Source: Spirochaetia bacterium
GTDB lineage: Bacteria; Spirochaetota; Spirochaetia; SZUA-6; Bin103
DNA: 64,000 nt
Assembly (NCBI GenBank): GCA_965199955.1
Contig: CBDATQ010000003.1
Span: 113,594 to 177,593 of the forward strand
Direction: 5' to 3'
The notes under the pieces were generated by a model, which was not told where the DNA came from, made no database searches, and was given only the letters and a program-made list of their open reading frames with translations. The translations under genes were made by a program, and so were the position numbers. Positions 1 through 10,124 of the stretch are shown here, piece after piece; positions within the stretch are counted from its first letter, which is position 1; each line of letters starts with the position of its first letter.

Positions 1-468
1 CACCAGGGCGATCTGGAGCTGGATGCCGTCGGGCCTGGTGCGGGTGGCGACAACGCTGCGCTGGTCCTGCTCGTCGGGTTTCAGGAACTGCACGTCGCGG
101 TGCCACGAGCCATCCTCGTGCGCGGTCCTGGGCTCGAACCACAGGGTGGTGGCGCGGAACACCGGCTCTCCGTCCAGCAGCTCGCGGGCGAAGGCCAGGA
201 TGCGCTCGTCGGCGATCAGGTTCATGAGCGTGACGAACTCGCCGGGGTGGTCGCGGAAGTATCCGGGGTGGTTCAGGTGGCGCATGTTGTGGCGGTCGGG
301 GTCGCCGGGCTTGCCGTCCTCGGCGCTGGCGGCCAGCCACTGCCGGCGGACGCGCTCGGTGATCCGCAGCAGGTCTGCGACCTCGCCGGACGACAGCAGC
401 GAGCGGTACACGCAGTAGCCCTCGTCCGTCCACTGGTCGCGCAGGGATCGGAGCCCGGTCTGCGTCAC
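1..468 (-). CDS. Phytanoyl-CoA dioxygenase (PhyH) family protein, 3' end beyond window
   Basis: Translated by hand from GTG at 468, overlapping the upstream stop: MTQTGLRSLRDQWTDEGYCVYRSLLS...GSWHRDVQF. Has the PhyH N-terminal GY motif and the HxD iron motif. Confidence 0.8.
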   Translation of the reverse strand, partial: MTQTGLRSLRDQWTDEGYCVYRSLLSSGEVADLLRITERVRRQWLAASAEDGKPGDPDRHNMRHLNHPGYFRDHPGEFVTLMNLIADERILAFARELLDGEPVFRATTLWFEPRTAHEDGSWHRDVQFLKPDEQDQRSVVATRTRPDGIQLQIALV

Positions 469-1250
469 CGCGGTGCGCCGTCCATCAACGCGTCGAACTC
501 GTCTTCCGACATGAGGTTGTCGTCGCGGTCGAGCTGGTAGGCGATCGCGTAGGCGGCGCGGTTGACGCCGCTCAGGTTGGGCTCGCCGCGGTGCCAGACG
601 TAGTTCGTAAAGAAGTAGGCGTCGCCCGGCCCGCCGGAGATCAGATCCTCCTGAGAGTCATCCACCACGTCCAGGGCGATCCGCTTGCGCTGGTACTTCT
701 GGCCGTCGCGGCCGTGCTGGGCGACCTGGTCCCAGTACTGCTCGTGGAACTGGATCCGCCAGCGGGCGTGCGTGCCGGGCAGAAAGCCGAGCGCGATGGC
801 GTCGGGCGCCACCTGGTCGAGGGCGATCCAGCAGTTCAGGCACACCTTCGGCCGCAGCTTCCAGTAGAAACAGTCCTGGTGGTAGAAGCTGCGCCCAGCC
901 TTGAACACCGACGGCTTGAAGATCGTCTGGTCGGTGTAGCGCTTCACCGGTCCGCCCAGCAACGCCTCCATGGCGCCCACCAGCTTGGGATTGCCGGTGA
1001 AGTCGTCGAACACGGTTTCGATGGCGGACGGAAGCTGCAGGGATCCGGAGCGGTAGTTGCCGCCGGGGGTGTCCCGGTCGTCGGGGTCCCAGGTCTGCAG
1101 GTGACGGTGCGGCCACCCGTAGTCGTGGTGGCCGTTCCAGAGCTCCTCCATCCGGGCGCGCACGGGCACGGTCTCCGCCTCGTCGAACAGGCCGCGGACG
1201 ATGCAGTAGCCGTCCCGCTCAAGCTGCTGCTTGTGTTCTTCGGTGACCAT
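465..1250 (-). CDS. Phytanoyl-CoA dioxygenase (PhyH) family protein
   Basis: LERDGYCIVRGLF, YHQD (HxD), CWIALD, VWHRGEPN..R. SD GAAGGAGG lies upstream of ATG 1250. Confidence 0.9.
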   Translation of the reverse strand: MVTEEHKQQLERDGYCIVRGLFDEAETVPVRARMEELWNGHHDYGWPHRHLQTWDPDDRDTPGGNYRSGSLQLPSAIETVFDDFTGNPKLVGAMEALLGGPVKRYTDQTIFKPSVFKAGRSFYHQDCFYWKLRPKVCLNCWIALDQVAPDAIALGFLPGTHARWRIQFHEQYWDQVAQHGRDGQKYQRKRIALDVVDDSQEDLISGGPGDAYFFTNYVWHRGEPNLSGVNRAAYAIAYQLDRDDNLMSEDEFDALMDGAPR

Positions 1251-1380
1251 CCAGGCCCTCCTTCGCGCGTACCGGCCGAGTATACACCCGCGAACGAGCG
1301 GCCCGATGCTCTCAGGCGGCGATGGCGGCGCATCCCCGGCCGTGCCATCATTCACCTGATCCCGAGATGCCGCCGCGCGT

Positions 1381-3168
1381 GTGATGAGCAATCCCTGGCC
1401 CCGCATCCCCTACGGTGAAGCCGACTTCCGCCGCATCCGCCTCAACGGCTGGCTGTACGTCGACAAGACGCGCTTCGTCCGCACCCTCGAGGACGAGCGC
1501 TACGTGTTCTTCATCCGCCCGCGCCGATTCGGCAAGACCTGCTGGCTGTCGCTGCTGGAGAACTACTACGACCGGCGCTGGGCGCACGAGTTCGACACCA
1601 TCTTCGCCGGCACCGACCTTGGCCGCGAGCCGACGACGGAGCGCCATCGCTACGTCGTCCTGCGCTTCAACTTCTCCGCCGTCAACGACGCCCTGCCGCG
1701 ACTGGAACGGAGCTTCGAGACCTATTGTCACATGGAGTTGCGCGGGGCGATGGAACGCTTTCCGGACCTGTTCCCGGAAGCGGCGCGGCAACGCATCCTG
1801 GCCCCGGACGGGATCACCGACAAGCTCGGCGAACTCTTCCATCATGCCGGCGAGCACGACGTGCCGCTCTACGTGCTGATCGACGAGTACGACAACTTCG
1901 CCAACACCATCCTGGCCCACCACGGCGCCGAGGCGTACGAGGAGCTGACTCACGGCGGTGGCTTCTACCGCAATTTCTTCGCCACGCTGAAGACCGGCAG
2001 CGAACGCAGCGGTGGTGGACTGGAGCGGCTGTTCATCACCGGTGTGTCGCCCGTGACCATGGACGACGTGACCTCAGGCTTCAACATCTGCACGAACCTC
2101 AGCCTGGAGCCGACGTTCAACGAGATGCTGGGCTTCACGGAGGCGGAGGTGCGCAGCCTTGTGGAGCGGTACCGCCGCCACGGCGCGTTCAGCCAGGATG
2201 TCGACACCGCGCTGGGCATCATGCGCGCGTGGTACGACGGCTACCGCTTCACCGAGGAGGCCGAGACCGCCGTCTACAACACCGACATGGTGCTCTATTA
2301 CCTGCAGAAGTCCCTGCCGAATCGGCAGGTGCCCACCTATCTCATCGACACCAACGTGCGCATCGACTACGGCAAGCTCCGCCACCTGCTGGTGGTCAAC
2401 CGCCGCAGCGCCGAGGGCTCCGCGCGCCTGAACGGCAACTTCGACCTGCTGCGCGGCATCATCGGCACCGAGTCCGCCGACGCCCGCATTCAACCGAGTT
2501 TTCCCCTCAAGCGGCTCATCAAGCGGGAGAACTTCCTCTCCCTGCTGCACTTCTTCGGCCTGCTGAGCATCCGGGAGATGGTGGACGGCCTTCCCCGGCT
2601 GGCGATTCCCAACCAGACCGTGAAGCGGCTCATGTACGAGTACCTGCGCGAGGCGTACGAGGACGCCGGGGCGTTCGATGTCAACCTGTACGAGTTCGGG
2701 CAGCGGATGATGCGGATGGCCAATCAGGGCGAGTGGCGGCCGGTGTTCGAGTTCCTGGCCGAGGCCATCGCCGCGCAGACCGCCATCCGCGACTTCATCG
2801 CCGGCGAAAAGATCCTGCAGGGGTTCCTGGCCGCCTATCTGAGCGTGACGGACTACTACGTGTTCCGCAGCGAGGCGGAGCTCGGCAAGGGTCACGCGGG
2901 TATCAGCCTGGAGCCGTTGCTGGCGCGTTTTCCGCACCTTGAGCGCGGCTACCTGATCGAGCTCAAGTATCTGCGCCGGGGCGCATCGGCCGGCGAGGGG
3001 CGCATCGCGGCTGCCGCCGCCGAAGCGAGCGCCCAGCTACGGGGCTACCTTGCGGACGAACGGCTCGCGCGCCAGTACCCGGGCGTACGCTTCACGGGCC
3101 TCATCCTCGTGTTCCACGGTTGGGCGCTGGTGGTCTGCGAGGCAGTGACACCAGCGTGTGGCCCGTGA
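1381..3168 (+). CDS. AAA-ATPase-like protein with C-terminal PD-(D/E)XK nuclease-like domain
   Basis: IPYG-ADF..IR....YVDKT, RPRRFGKT Walker A, LIDEYD Walker B, FITGV, WYDGYRF, C-terminal YLIELKY. Confidence 0.9.
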   Translation: MMSNPWPRIPYGEADFRRIRLNGWLYVDKTRFVRTLEDERYVFFIRPRRFGKTCWLSLLENYYDRRWAHEFDTIFAGTDLGREPTTERHRYVVLRFNFSAVNDALPRLERSFETYCHMELRGAMERFPDLFPEAARQRILAPDGITDKLGELFHHAGEHDVPLYVLIDEYDNFANTILAHHGAEAYEELTHGGGFYRNFFATLKTGSERSGGGLERLFITGVSPVTMDDVTSGFNICTNLSLEPTFNEMLGFTEAEVRSLVERYRRHGAFSQDVDTALGIMRAWYDGYRFTEEAETAVYNTDMVLYYLQKSLPNRQVPTYLIDTNVRIDYGKLRHLLVVNRRSAEGSARLNGNFDLLRGIIGTESADARIQPSFPLKRLIKRENFLSLLHFFGLLSIREMVDGLPRLAIPNQTVKRLMYEYLREAYEDAGAFDVNLYEFGQRMMRMANQGEWRPVFEFLAEAIAAQTAIRDFIAGEKILQGFLAAYLSVTDYYVFRSEAELGKGHAGISLEPLLARFPHLERGYLIELKYLRRGASAGEGRIAAAAAEASAQLRGYLADERLARQYPGVRFTGLILVFHGWALVVCEAVTPACGP

Positions 3169-3185
3169 TTCGGTGCCGATCGCCA

Positions 3186-4433
3186 TCATCTGCCCCCGTA
3201 TCCCATCTCGTCCCAGAGCTCCCGGGCGCGCGCCTTCGCCGCCGTAGTCGGCTCGCGGGTCGCCGCGATGCTGGGCGGCGCATCCGGCGGCTCGGCGCCG
3301 TCCGGCCACGGCGACCAGGTATCGTCCTGGTACCTCTTCCGCTGCGCTTCGTCGGCGAAGTCCGGGACCTCGACCGGCTGGCCGTCCTGCAACGCGCTCC
3401 GCCACGCCAGGATGCCGACCGAGCTCATCGCCACGCCCCGGTAGACGTCCAGGAACGGCGGCTCGCCCGAGCGGATCGCGTGCGCGAAGTGGTAGTTGGT
3501 CCAGAAGTCGCCGCCGCCGTGGCCGGCCCGCTCGGCCAGCTCGGCATGCTCGGGCCAGTCGGGGAGGTAGGTGCGCTCCAGCGGCTGATCGGGCCAGCGG
3601 TTCCACGGCTCGTGCCAGACGCGCACCTCCCCGGGACCGAAGTAGCCCGGGCCGCGCGCGATCTCCATCGCCCCCCGCGTGCCGTGCACGCGGTACCAGT
3701 TGCTGTGTCCCGGCAGCACCAGGCCGAAGATCCGGAACACCGAGCCGTCGTCCATGCGGCAGAGGATCACCGAGCCGGGATCGCTGCGGCGCATGCTGAG
3801 CTCGTCGACCTCCGGGGCGGCGATGGACAGGCCGTTGACGATCCTCGGCATCGCCCCGGTGATGTAGACCAGCGGCGCCAGCGCGTGCGTGCAGTAGTAG
3901 GTAGACGGCAGCCAGTTGCGCCAGTGGTGCTCGCCCGGCGCCAGGCGCAGGCGGGCGTCGGGCGCCATCGGGTGGTTGTACTCGCCCTCGGCATAGGTGG
4001 CCCGGCCGATCTCGCCGGTGCGGTACAGCCGGCGCATCTCCTGGCTGAACACGGTGTAGCAGTAGTTCTCGGCCAGCATGTAGACGCAGCCCGAGCGCTC
4101 CGCCGCACGGCAGAGCGCCACTCCTTCAGCGATCGTGCCGTTGGACGAGGTCTCACTGAGGACGTGCTTGCCGGCGTCCAGCGCCTTGACCGCGAACGGC
4201 CCGTGCTCGTGGAAGTAGTTGGCCAGGATCACCGCGTCCAGGTCGTGCTCCAGGAACGCGTCGTAGTCGGTGTAGGTGGCGACCCCGTGGGTCCGGCCAG
4301 CGGCCTGCAGCCGTTCCTCCCACGTGTCGCAGATGGCGACCAGCTTCATCCCCACGGCGTCCGTGGCGCCCCTGATGAAGCTCTCGCCGCGGCCGACACC
4401 GATCACGCCGACGCGTATCTCACCTTCGTGCAT
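3186..4433 (-). CDS. Gfo/Idh/MocA family oxidoreductase
   Basis: VGVIGVG, AICD, ALDAGKHVLSE, YMLAENYCY, GHGGGDF. Confidence 0.92.
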   Translation of the reverse strand: MHEGEIRVGVIGVGRGESFIRGATDAVGMKLVAICDTWEERLQAAGRTHGVATYTDYDAFLEHDLDAVILANYFHEHGPFAVKALDAGKHVLSETSSNGTIAEGVALCRAAERSGCVYMLAENYCYTVFSQEMRRLYRTGEIGRATYAEGEYNHPMAPDARLRLAPGEHHWRNWLPSTYYCTHALAPLVYITGAMPRIVNGLSIAAPEVDELSMRRSDPGSVILCRMDDGSVFRIFGLVLPGHSNWYRVHGTRGAMEIARGPGYFGPGEVRVWHEPWNRWPDQPLERTYLPDWPEHAELAERAGHGGGDFWTNYHFAHAIRSGEPPFLDVYRGVAMSSVGILAWRSALQDGQPVEVPDFADEAQRKRYQDDTWSPWPDGAEPPDAPPSIAATREPTTAAKARARELWDEMGYGGR

Positions 4434-4453
4434 GGAACCTCCCCGATGCGCCG

Positions 4454-5449
4454 TCAGAGTAGCCGATACCGCTGAACGGTCGCGGCGTAGCCGATGCCGG
4501 TCTGCCCGAAGCCGTTGCCGGTGTACCAGCAGCGCAGCCCGCCGTCATGCGTAACCACTGCCGCGTACGAGCGCTGGTGGTCGTCGAAGCTGCCGGCGGC
4601 GCCCACGCCCAGATCGCCGTCGGGTCCGGAGGCCGTCCAGGTCCAGCTCAGGCCGTCGTCGCTGACCAGGCTTCGCACGCGATACGCCGTGCCGAAGGTG
4701 TTGACCCACATCGTCCAGCCGCCGTCGCGGCGCAGTACGAACGGCTTGGAGGCGATGTATTCGAACGGCTCGGTCGCGAATCCGCGGGGGCTCACCATCA
4801 GGCCGTCCAGCGGCTTGGTCCAGCGGACGCCGTCGGTCGACTCGGCATAACCCACGCCGATGTGCGGAATCACGTCTCCGTGGCCGGTCGCCACCCCCGC
4901 GGGTTTGGGCGAGTAGTCGCCCAGGGCGGTGTAGTACATGCGGAGGACGCCGCCTTCGGCGACCACGCAGACGCTGCCGGTCCCCTCGTGATCCCATGGC
5001 CGGTCCAGCGCCAGCACCGGCGACTCGCCGGCGTGCCGCCACGTGCAGCCGCGATCATCGCTGAGCGCCAGACCGGTCGTATTGGCCAGCTTGCCGTCGG
5101 CCCGCGGCACGCCCCATGCTCCGTAGTACATCAGCCACGGTCCGTTGTCGCGCGGCACCACGAACGGAAAGCTCGGGCCCTGGTCGTTGTAGGCGGTGCC
5201 GGGCTGACGCTCCAGCACCGCGCCCGAGGAGCGCCAGTCGTCCGGAGCGTCCACCCGGGCGACTGCCACACAGATGCGATGGAAGCCGTCGTCGCCGGTG
5301 CCCCAGTAATACATGTGGTAGTCGTCGCCGAAGCGCAGCACGTGCGGGCTCGAGGCCCGGCGGGCATCCACGGCTCCGCCCAGCCCCGGAGCAACGACAG
5401 GGGCCACCGACGGAACCCTCCACCGAGCGGGCGTCGGCGCTACGGTCAC
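4454..5449 (-). CDS. Five-bladed beta-propeller glycoside hydrolase-like protein (GH32/43/130-like)
   Basis: Repeated blades (PHVLRFGDDYHMYY, MYYGA, GLALSDD, GYAESTDG, WYTGNGFG.TGIGYA). GTG start inferred from the GAGAAG SD. Confidence 0.7.
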   Translation of the reverse strand: MTVAPTPARWRVPSVAPVVAPGLGGAVDARRASSPHVLRFGDDYHMYYWGTGDDGFHRICVAVARVDAPDDWRSSGAVLERQPGTAYNDQGPSFPFVVPRDNGPWLMYYGAWGVPRADGKLANTTGLALSDDRGCTWRHAGESPVLALDRPWDHEGTGSVCVVAEGGVLRMYYTALGDYSPKPAGVATGHGDVIPHIGVGYAESTDGVRWTKPLDGLMVSPRGFATEPFEYIASKPFVLRRDGGWTMWVNTFGTAYRVRSLVSDDGLSWTWTASGPDGDLGVGAAGSFDDHQRSYAAVVTHDGGLRCWYTGNGFGQTGIGYAATVQRYRLL

Positions 5450-5465
5450 CTTCTCAGACGGGCAA

Positions 5466-5498
5466 GCGAGCAGGCGGGCTGCGTGCCCGCCTGCTCGC
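5466..5498. terminator. Perfect 14-bp GC-rich hairpin 3' of the SBP gene (mRNA stabiliser/terminator)
   Basis: gcgagcaggcgggc-tgcgt-gcccgcctgctcgc; no U-tract. Confidence 0.55.
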
Positions 5499-5534
5499 AT
5501 AGAAGATCGATCCGCGTCGGGATCGGCCGGCTCC

Positions 5535-7106
5535 CTAGTTGCCGACCAGCTCTCCGTAGCGCTCGTACTGCTGTTGGCGCACGGCGATCACTTCCTGGGC
5601 GCCGAGCTTGTTCAAGCCGTCGACGAACTCGTCGAACTTGCTCAGCGGCTCCTGGCCGGTGACGAACTTGTCGAACCACTCCGTCCGGTAGGTGTTCAGA
5701 TCGGCCTGCAGGCGGTTCAGCACCTCCTGCTCGTCCAGCGTCGGCCGCACTTGCGGGAACGACGGCGACCGGTAGTACTTCTGGTACGCGTTGTTGTTGT
5801 CCAGGACCCACTGCGGGTTGCGGAAGTCCCAGGCATAAGCCCACTGCAGGTGGGCGTACGGCGGCTGGCTGCCGCCGATCTCGCGGAGCCGCTCGTCGAA
5901 CGGCTTGTCCTCGCTGCCGATGGTCTCGATCTCGCCGTCGACCATCCGGTAGGTGTCTCCGATGATGCCGAAGTTCTGCAGCATCAGCGCTTCATCGCTG
6001 TTGCGGATGAAGTCGATCCAGTGCATGGCCACTTCCGGCTGCTTGGCGTCCTTCGTGATCCCCATCTGGTCGCCGCCGTATCGCTCGCGCTTCACGAAGA
6101 ACTTGTCGCCGTACGGCCCTTCGATGGGCGGCCCGTTCACGAAGACCGGGATCGACGCGTCGGGCTTTCCGGAGGGATGGGCGCCCGAGCAGATCCTGGC
6201 GAAGGTGGTCCAACAGGAGATCAGCCCGACCTGGTCGTTCGAAACCTTCTCCAGGGTCTCGGTCCAACTGTCGGTGGCGTACGCCTTGTCGAGCAGCCCT
6301 TCCGTGTAGAGCTGATTCAGCCAGGTGAGTTACTCCTTCATCCGCGGGCTCTGAAAGATCCAGAAGACCTGTCCGTCGTCGTCGACCAGGTAGTCGGTCA
6401 TGATCGAGTACTCGAACCCGTAGAGGTTGCCGAGATACCGCAGATAGCCGCGGCCGGCGGCCGGCGTCAGGGGAATCTCGTCCTGCTTGCCGTTGCCGTT
6501 GGGGTCATCGTCCCGGAACGCCCGTAGCGCCGTCATCATGTCCGCCTGCGTCTCCGGCATGTCCGCGATGCCCACCGCTTCCAGCCACAACACGTTCCAC
6601 AGCGGCCCGAAGGACAGGTAGTTCGGCAGCACGTAGTTGCCCACGCCGTAGATGTTTCCGTCGGGACTGGTGTCCAGGATCTTGTAGATGCCGTTGGTGC
6701 CGGTGTTCCACCACTTGTTGATGTTGGGGGCGTGCGTCTCCAGCAGGTCGTTGAGCGGGATGATCAGCCCGTCACGGCCGTGCTGGCCGATGTCCCCCAA
6801 CAGCGACATGTTGATCACGTCGGGCAGGTCCACGGCGGCGGCAAGGCGCGCCTTCATCACTTCCGCGTAGTTCTTGACCTGGATGTTCTCCCACTCGACG
6901 TGCACGCCGCTGAGGCGCTCCAGCTCCTGGTACACCGGCAGGTCGTTGCTGGCCGGCTGCAGGCTGGCGGCCCAGCCGGTGTGCGTGGCCACGTGCAGGG
7001 TGGGCAGCTCGCCGGGCGCCATCCCTTCCTCCGTGCCCGCGCCGAACGCGCCGGCGGCAACCAGGGTCAGCACCGTCCCCAGGACGGCCATCCTCGATAG
7101 TTTCAT
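5535..7106 (-). pseudogene. Carbohydrate ABC extracellular solute-binding protein interrupted by an in-frame TAA at 6330-6332
   Basis: Signal peptide MKLSRMAVLG..AFGAG and DDDPNGNGKQDEIPL motif. Reads MKE*LTWLNQLYTEGLLD and stays in frame with ORF 5535-6140. Confidence 0.85.
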
Positions 7107-7194
7107 CTCGTTCTCCTTCCTTACGTTCCGTCGTTCGGTGGTTGTCGACTGGTCCACCAACCACTTTGCCGGACCGCCCTCCTGACGGCCGGAT

Positions 7195-8097
7195 CTACCC
7201 CTTGAGGGCGCCGATCAGGACGCCCTTGACGAAATATCTCTGCAGGAACGGATACAGCAGCAGGATCGGCAGCACCGCCACGATCATCACCGCGAACTTG
7301 ATCTGCACCATCGCCATGACGCCCTCTCCCTGCTCGCCGGTCTCGAACTGCTGCACGGCCTCCGGCGACGCCTGGATCAGCACCCTGCGCAAGTAGATCT
7401 GGATCGGCTGCAGCTCGGCTTTCGGCAGGTAGAGCAGGGCAGGGAAGAAGCTGTTCCAGTGGTTCACCCCGTAGAACAGCACCAGCACGGCGATGATCGG
7501 CCTGGACAGCGGCACCACGATCTTCCAGACGATCCGCCATTCGCCCGCGCCCTCGATGCGGGCACACTCGAACAGGTCTTCCGGCAGGGTCTGAAAGAAG
7601 GTGCGGCAGATGATCAGGTTGAAGGTGGCGATCAGCGTCGGGATCACGATCGCCCAGCGCGTGGCGTAGAGCCCGAGCTTGACCACCAGCACGAACAGCG
7701 GAATCAACCCGCCGGAAAAGAACATGGTAAAGACAAACAGGAACATCAGCACGCGGCGCGCCGAGAAGTTGCGCTTGGACAGCGGATAGGCGGCCATCAC
7801 CGTGAAGACCAGGTTCAACGCCGTGCCGACGCCGGTATACCAGATCGTGTTGTAGTAGCTGCGCAGCACGACGGGATCGTTGAGCACCGTCCGATAGGCG
7901 TCCAGGCTGAACCCCTTCGGGAGCAGAAATATCTCCCGGCGCACCACCGCCACCGGATCGCTGATCGACATGCTGAGCACGAACACGAACGGATAGAGCG
8001 TGATGACGAAGGCGATTGCCACGCCGATGTAGACGAGGGCATCGACGACCACGTCCTCGATCGTGAGCGCCCTCCTGACGCCGAGCCTCCCCGTCAT
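7195..8097 (-). CDS. Carbohydrate ABC transporter permease
   Basis: FSGGLIP, EAA-like loop LFECARIEGAGEW, PFLQRYFVKGVLIGALKG. Confidence 0.93.
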   Translation of the reverse strand: MTGRLGVRRALTIEDVVVDALVYIGVAIAFVITLYPFVFVLSMSISDPVAVVRREIFLLPKGFSLDAYRTVLNDPVVLRSYYNTIWYTGVGTALNLVFTVMAAYPLSKRNFSARRVLMFLFVFTMFFSGGLIPLFVLVVKLGLYATRWAIVIPTLIATFNLIICRTFFQTLPEDLFECARIEGAGEWRIVWKIVVPLSRPIIAVLVLFYGVNHWNSFFPALLYLPKAELQPIQIYLRRVLIQASPEAVQQFETGEQGEGVMAMVQIKFAVMIVAVLPILLLYPFLQRYFVKGVLIGALKG

Positions 8098-8104
8098 GGC
8101 GAGC

Positions 8105-9058
8105 TCACCAGAGCGACGTGTCCGTAAAGCGGCGCGCCAGCCGGTTGAAGACCACCAGGAATACCAGGTTGATGACGTTTGCGAACAGCCCTACGGCGGA
8201 GCCGAAGCCGTACTTGCTGTCGATGATGCCGCGGCGGTAAACGTAGGTGGCGATCACGTCGGCCACCTCATAGGTGGCCGGCGTGTACATGAGCAGGACC
8301 TTCTCCCAGTCGACCGCCAGCGCTCGTCCCAGGTTCAGAATCAGCAGGATGATGATGGTCGGCGCCATCCCCGGGATGGTGACGAAGCGGATCCGCTGGA
8401 TGCGCGAGGCGCCGTCAACCTCGGCGGCGTCGTAGAGCTCCTGGCTGACGCCGGCGATCGCGGCCAGGTAGATGATCGAGCTGAAGCCGAAGTGCTGCCA
8501 GATGCCGGAGCCGATGTAGAGCGGCCGGAACCAGCTCTGCAGGCCCAGGAAGTTGATCGGCTCGCCGCCCAGCGACTTGATGACGATGTTGATGATGCCG
8601 TTGTTCGGCGACAGGAAGGTGACCAGCATGCCGACGATGATCACCAGCGATATGAAGTGCGGGAGGTAGCTCACGGTCTGCACCACCCGCTTGAGCGGCA
8701 GCACCTTCATCTCGTTGAGCATCAGCGCGAAGATGATCGGCACGGGAAAGCCGAAGACGATGCTGTAGAAGCTGAGCAGCAGCGTGTTGCGCATCAGCCG
8801 CCAGAAGTAGAACGACTCGAAGAACTGGATGAACCACTTGAAGCCGACCCAGTCGCTGCCGAACACGCCGCGGCCCATCTTGTAGTCCTGAAAGGCCAGG
8901 ACGATGCCGGCCATCGGCACGTAGTGGAAGATGACGAGGTAGACGACCGGCAACGCCATCATGGCGTACCAAGCTCGTTCGAGCTTGATCCGCCTCCACA
9001 ACGCAACCAAGGGAGCCCGTCTGGTCAGGGTGGAAGCCGTGGACACGGCGTTCCGCAT
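8105..9058 (-). CDS. Carbohydrate ABC transporter permease (LplB-like)
   Basis: WVGFKWF, QTVSYLPHFIS, ELYDAAEVDGASR (EAA motif). Confidence 0.93.
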   Translation of the reverse strand: MRNAVSTASTLTRRAPLVALWRRIKLERAWYAMMALPVVYLVIFHYVPMAGIVLAFQDYKMGRGVFGSDWVGFKWFIQFFESFYFWRLMRNTLLLSFYSIVFGFPVPIIFALMLNEMKVLPLKRVVQTVSYLPHFISLVIIVGMLVTFLSPNNGIINIVIKSLGGEPINFLGLQSWFRPLYIGSGIWQHFGFSSIIYLAAIAGVSQELYDAAEVDGASRIQRIRFVTIPGMAPTIIILLILNLGRALAVDWEKVLLMYTPATYEVADVIATYVYRRGIIDSKYGFGSAVGLFANVINLVFLVVFNRLARRFTDTSLW

Positions 9059-9147
9059 GAGAAGCCTACTGTGGCCCCCTCAAGGAGCGCTGTCAACGCA
9101 CGCACCCGGCCCCGGTGCTGCCGAGCGTGCGTTAACTGCCTTGCCGG

Positions 9148-9573
9148 TCAAGCGTTATCGGTCGTGCTGGTCCTGATCAGGAGGCGGTTCCTGCCGTCCT
9201 CGTAGCGGTAGCTGACCTCGTCCATCATCTCGCGGACCAGGTGGACGCCCAAGCCGCCGACCGGGCGGTCGTCGAGCGCCGCGTCCGTATCGGGGACCGG
9301 AGCGTCCTGAAGCGGATCGAAGAGCGGGCCGTCGTCGGAAATCTCGATGGTGACGGTGTCCGCGTCGCACGCCACGATGACCTCCAGTTCGCTCGCCCCG
9401 GCCTCGCGGCCGTGGGTCATCACGTTGAGGGTCATCTCCTCGAGCACGAGGTTCATGCGGAACAGGAAGTCCGGCGGCCACCGCTCGCGCTCTCCCAGTT
9501 CCTCGATGGCATCCGCGATGTCCGAAAGCCGTTCAGGGTCGGCTTCCAGCTTCAGATGCAGGTCGGCGCTCAC
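9148..9573 (-). CDS. Anti-sigma factor serine kinase (RsbW/HATPase_c_2)
   Basis: LEEMTLNVMTHG (N box), ISDDGPLFDP (G1), GGLGVHLVREMMDEV (G2). Confidence 0.92.
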   Translation of the reverse strand: MSADLHLKLEADPERLSDIADAIEELGERERWPPDFLFRMNLVLEEMTLNVMTHGREAGASELEVIVACDADTVTIEISDDGPLFDPLQDAPVPDTDAALDDRPVGGLGVHLVREMMDEVSYRYEDGRNRLLIRTSTTDNA

Positions 9574-9687
9574 GCCCGGAGCCTCCCCCGTTCGCGCCGC
9601 CTCCGGCGCGAGCGCCTCATGCGCGGCTCTCGCCGCCGCGCGGAGGTTCCGTGCGGCCGGTGGTCGCCCCCACGGAACCCATCGATG

Positions 9688-10026
9688 TCAGGCGCTCACC
9701 GCCTGGGTGGCTTCCTCCCTGGAGGCGTGCACCTGGATGATGCGGTCGAAACCGCTGATCTCGAACACTTCCTTGATCGACGGCGAGAGCGCACAGATGG
9801 CGAACTTCGCCTGCTGCCGCTGCAGCTTCCGGGCGAGCAGCAGCGTCGCCCGCAGGCCGGAACTGCTGATGTAGGTAAGCTTGTCCATGTCCAGGACCAC
9901 CGCGGAATCGTCGTCGCCGACCACTTCCTCGAACCGGTCCTGGAATTCCTGGGAATTGCTGCCGTCGATGCGACCGTCGACGGCGACGATCAACGCGCTG
10001 CCGTCGCGCTCACTGCTGATTTGCAC
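9688..10026 (-). CDS. STAS-domain anti-anti-sigma factor (RsbV-like)
   Basis: GRID, LDMDKLTYISSSGLR phospho-Ser motif, EVFEISGF. Confidence 0.93.
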   Translation of the reverse strand: MQISSERDGSALIVAVDGRIDGSNSQEFQDRFEEVVGDDDSAVVLDMDKLTYISSSGLRATLLLARKLQRQQAKFAICALSPSIKEVFEISGFDRIIQVHASREEATQAVSA

Positions 10027-10124
10027 TCATCCTTCTCCCGTCATGCGGCGCCCGCCGCGCCGCGTCGTGGACTTCGATGGTAGCCGAACTCCATCACTCG
10101 GGTCGACCGGAGGTTCATGCATCG

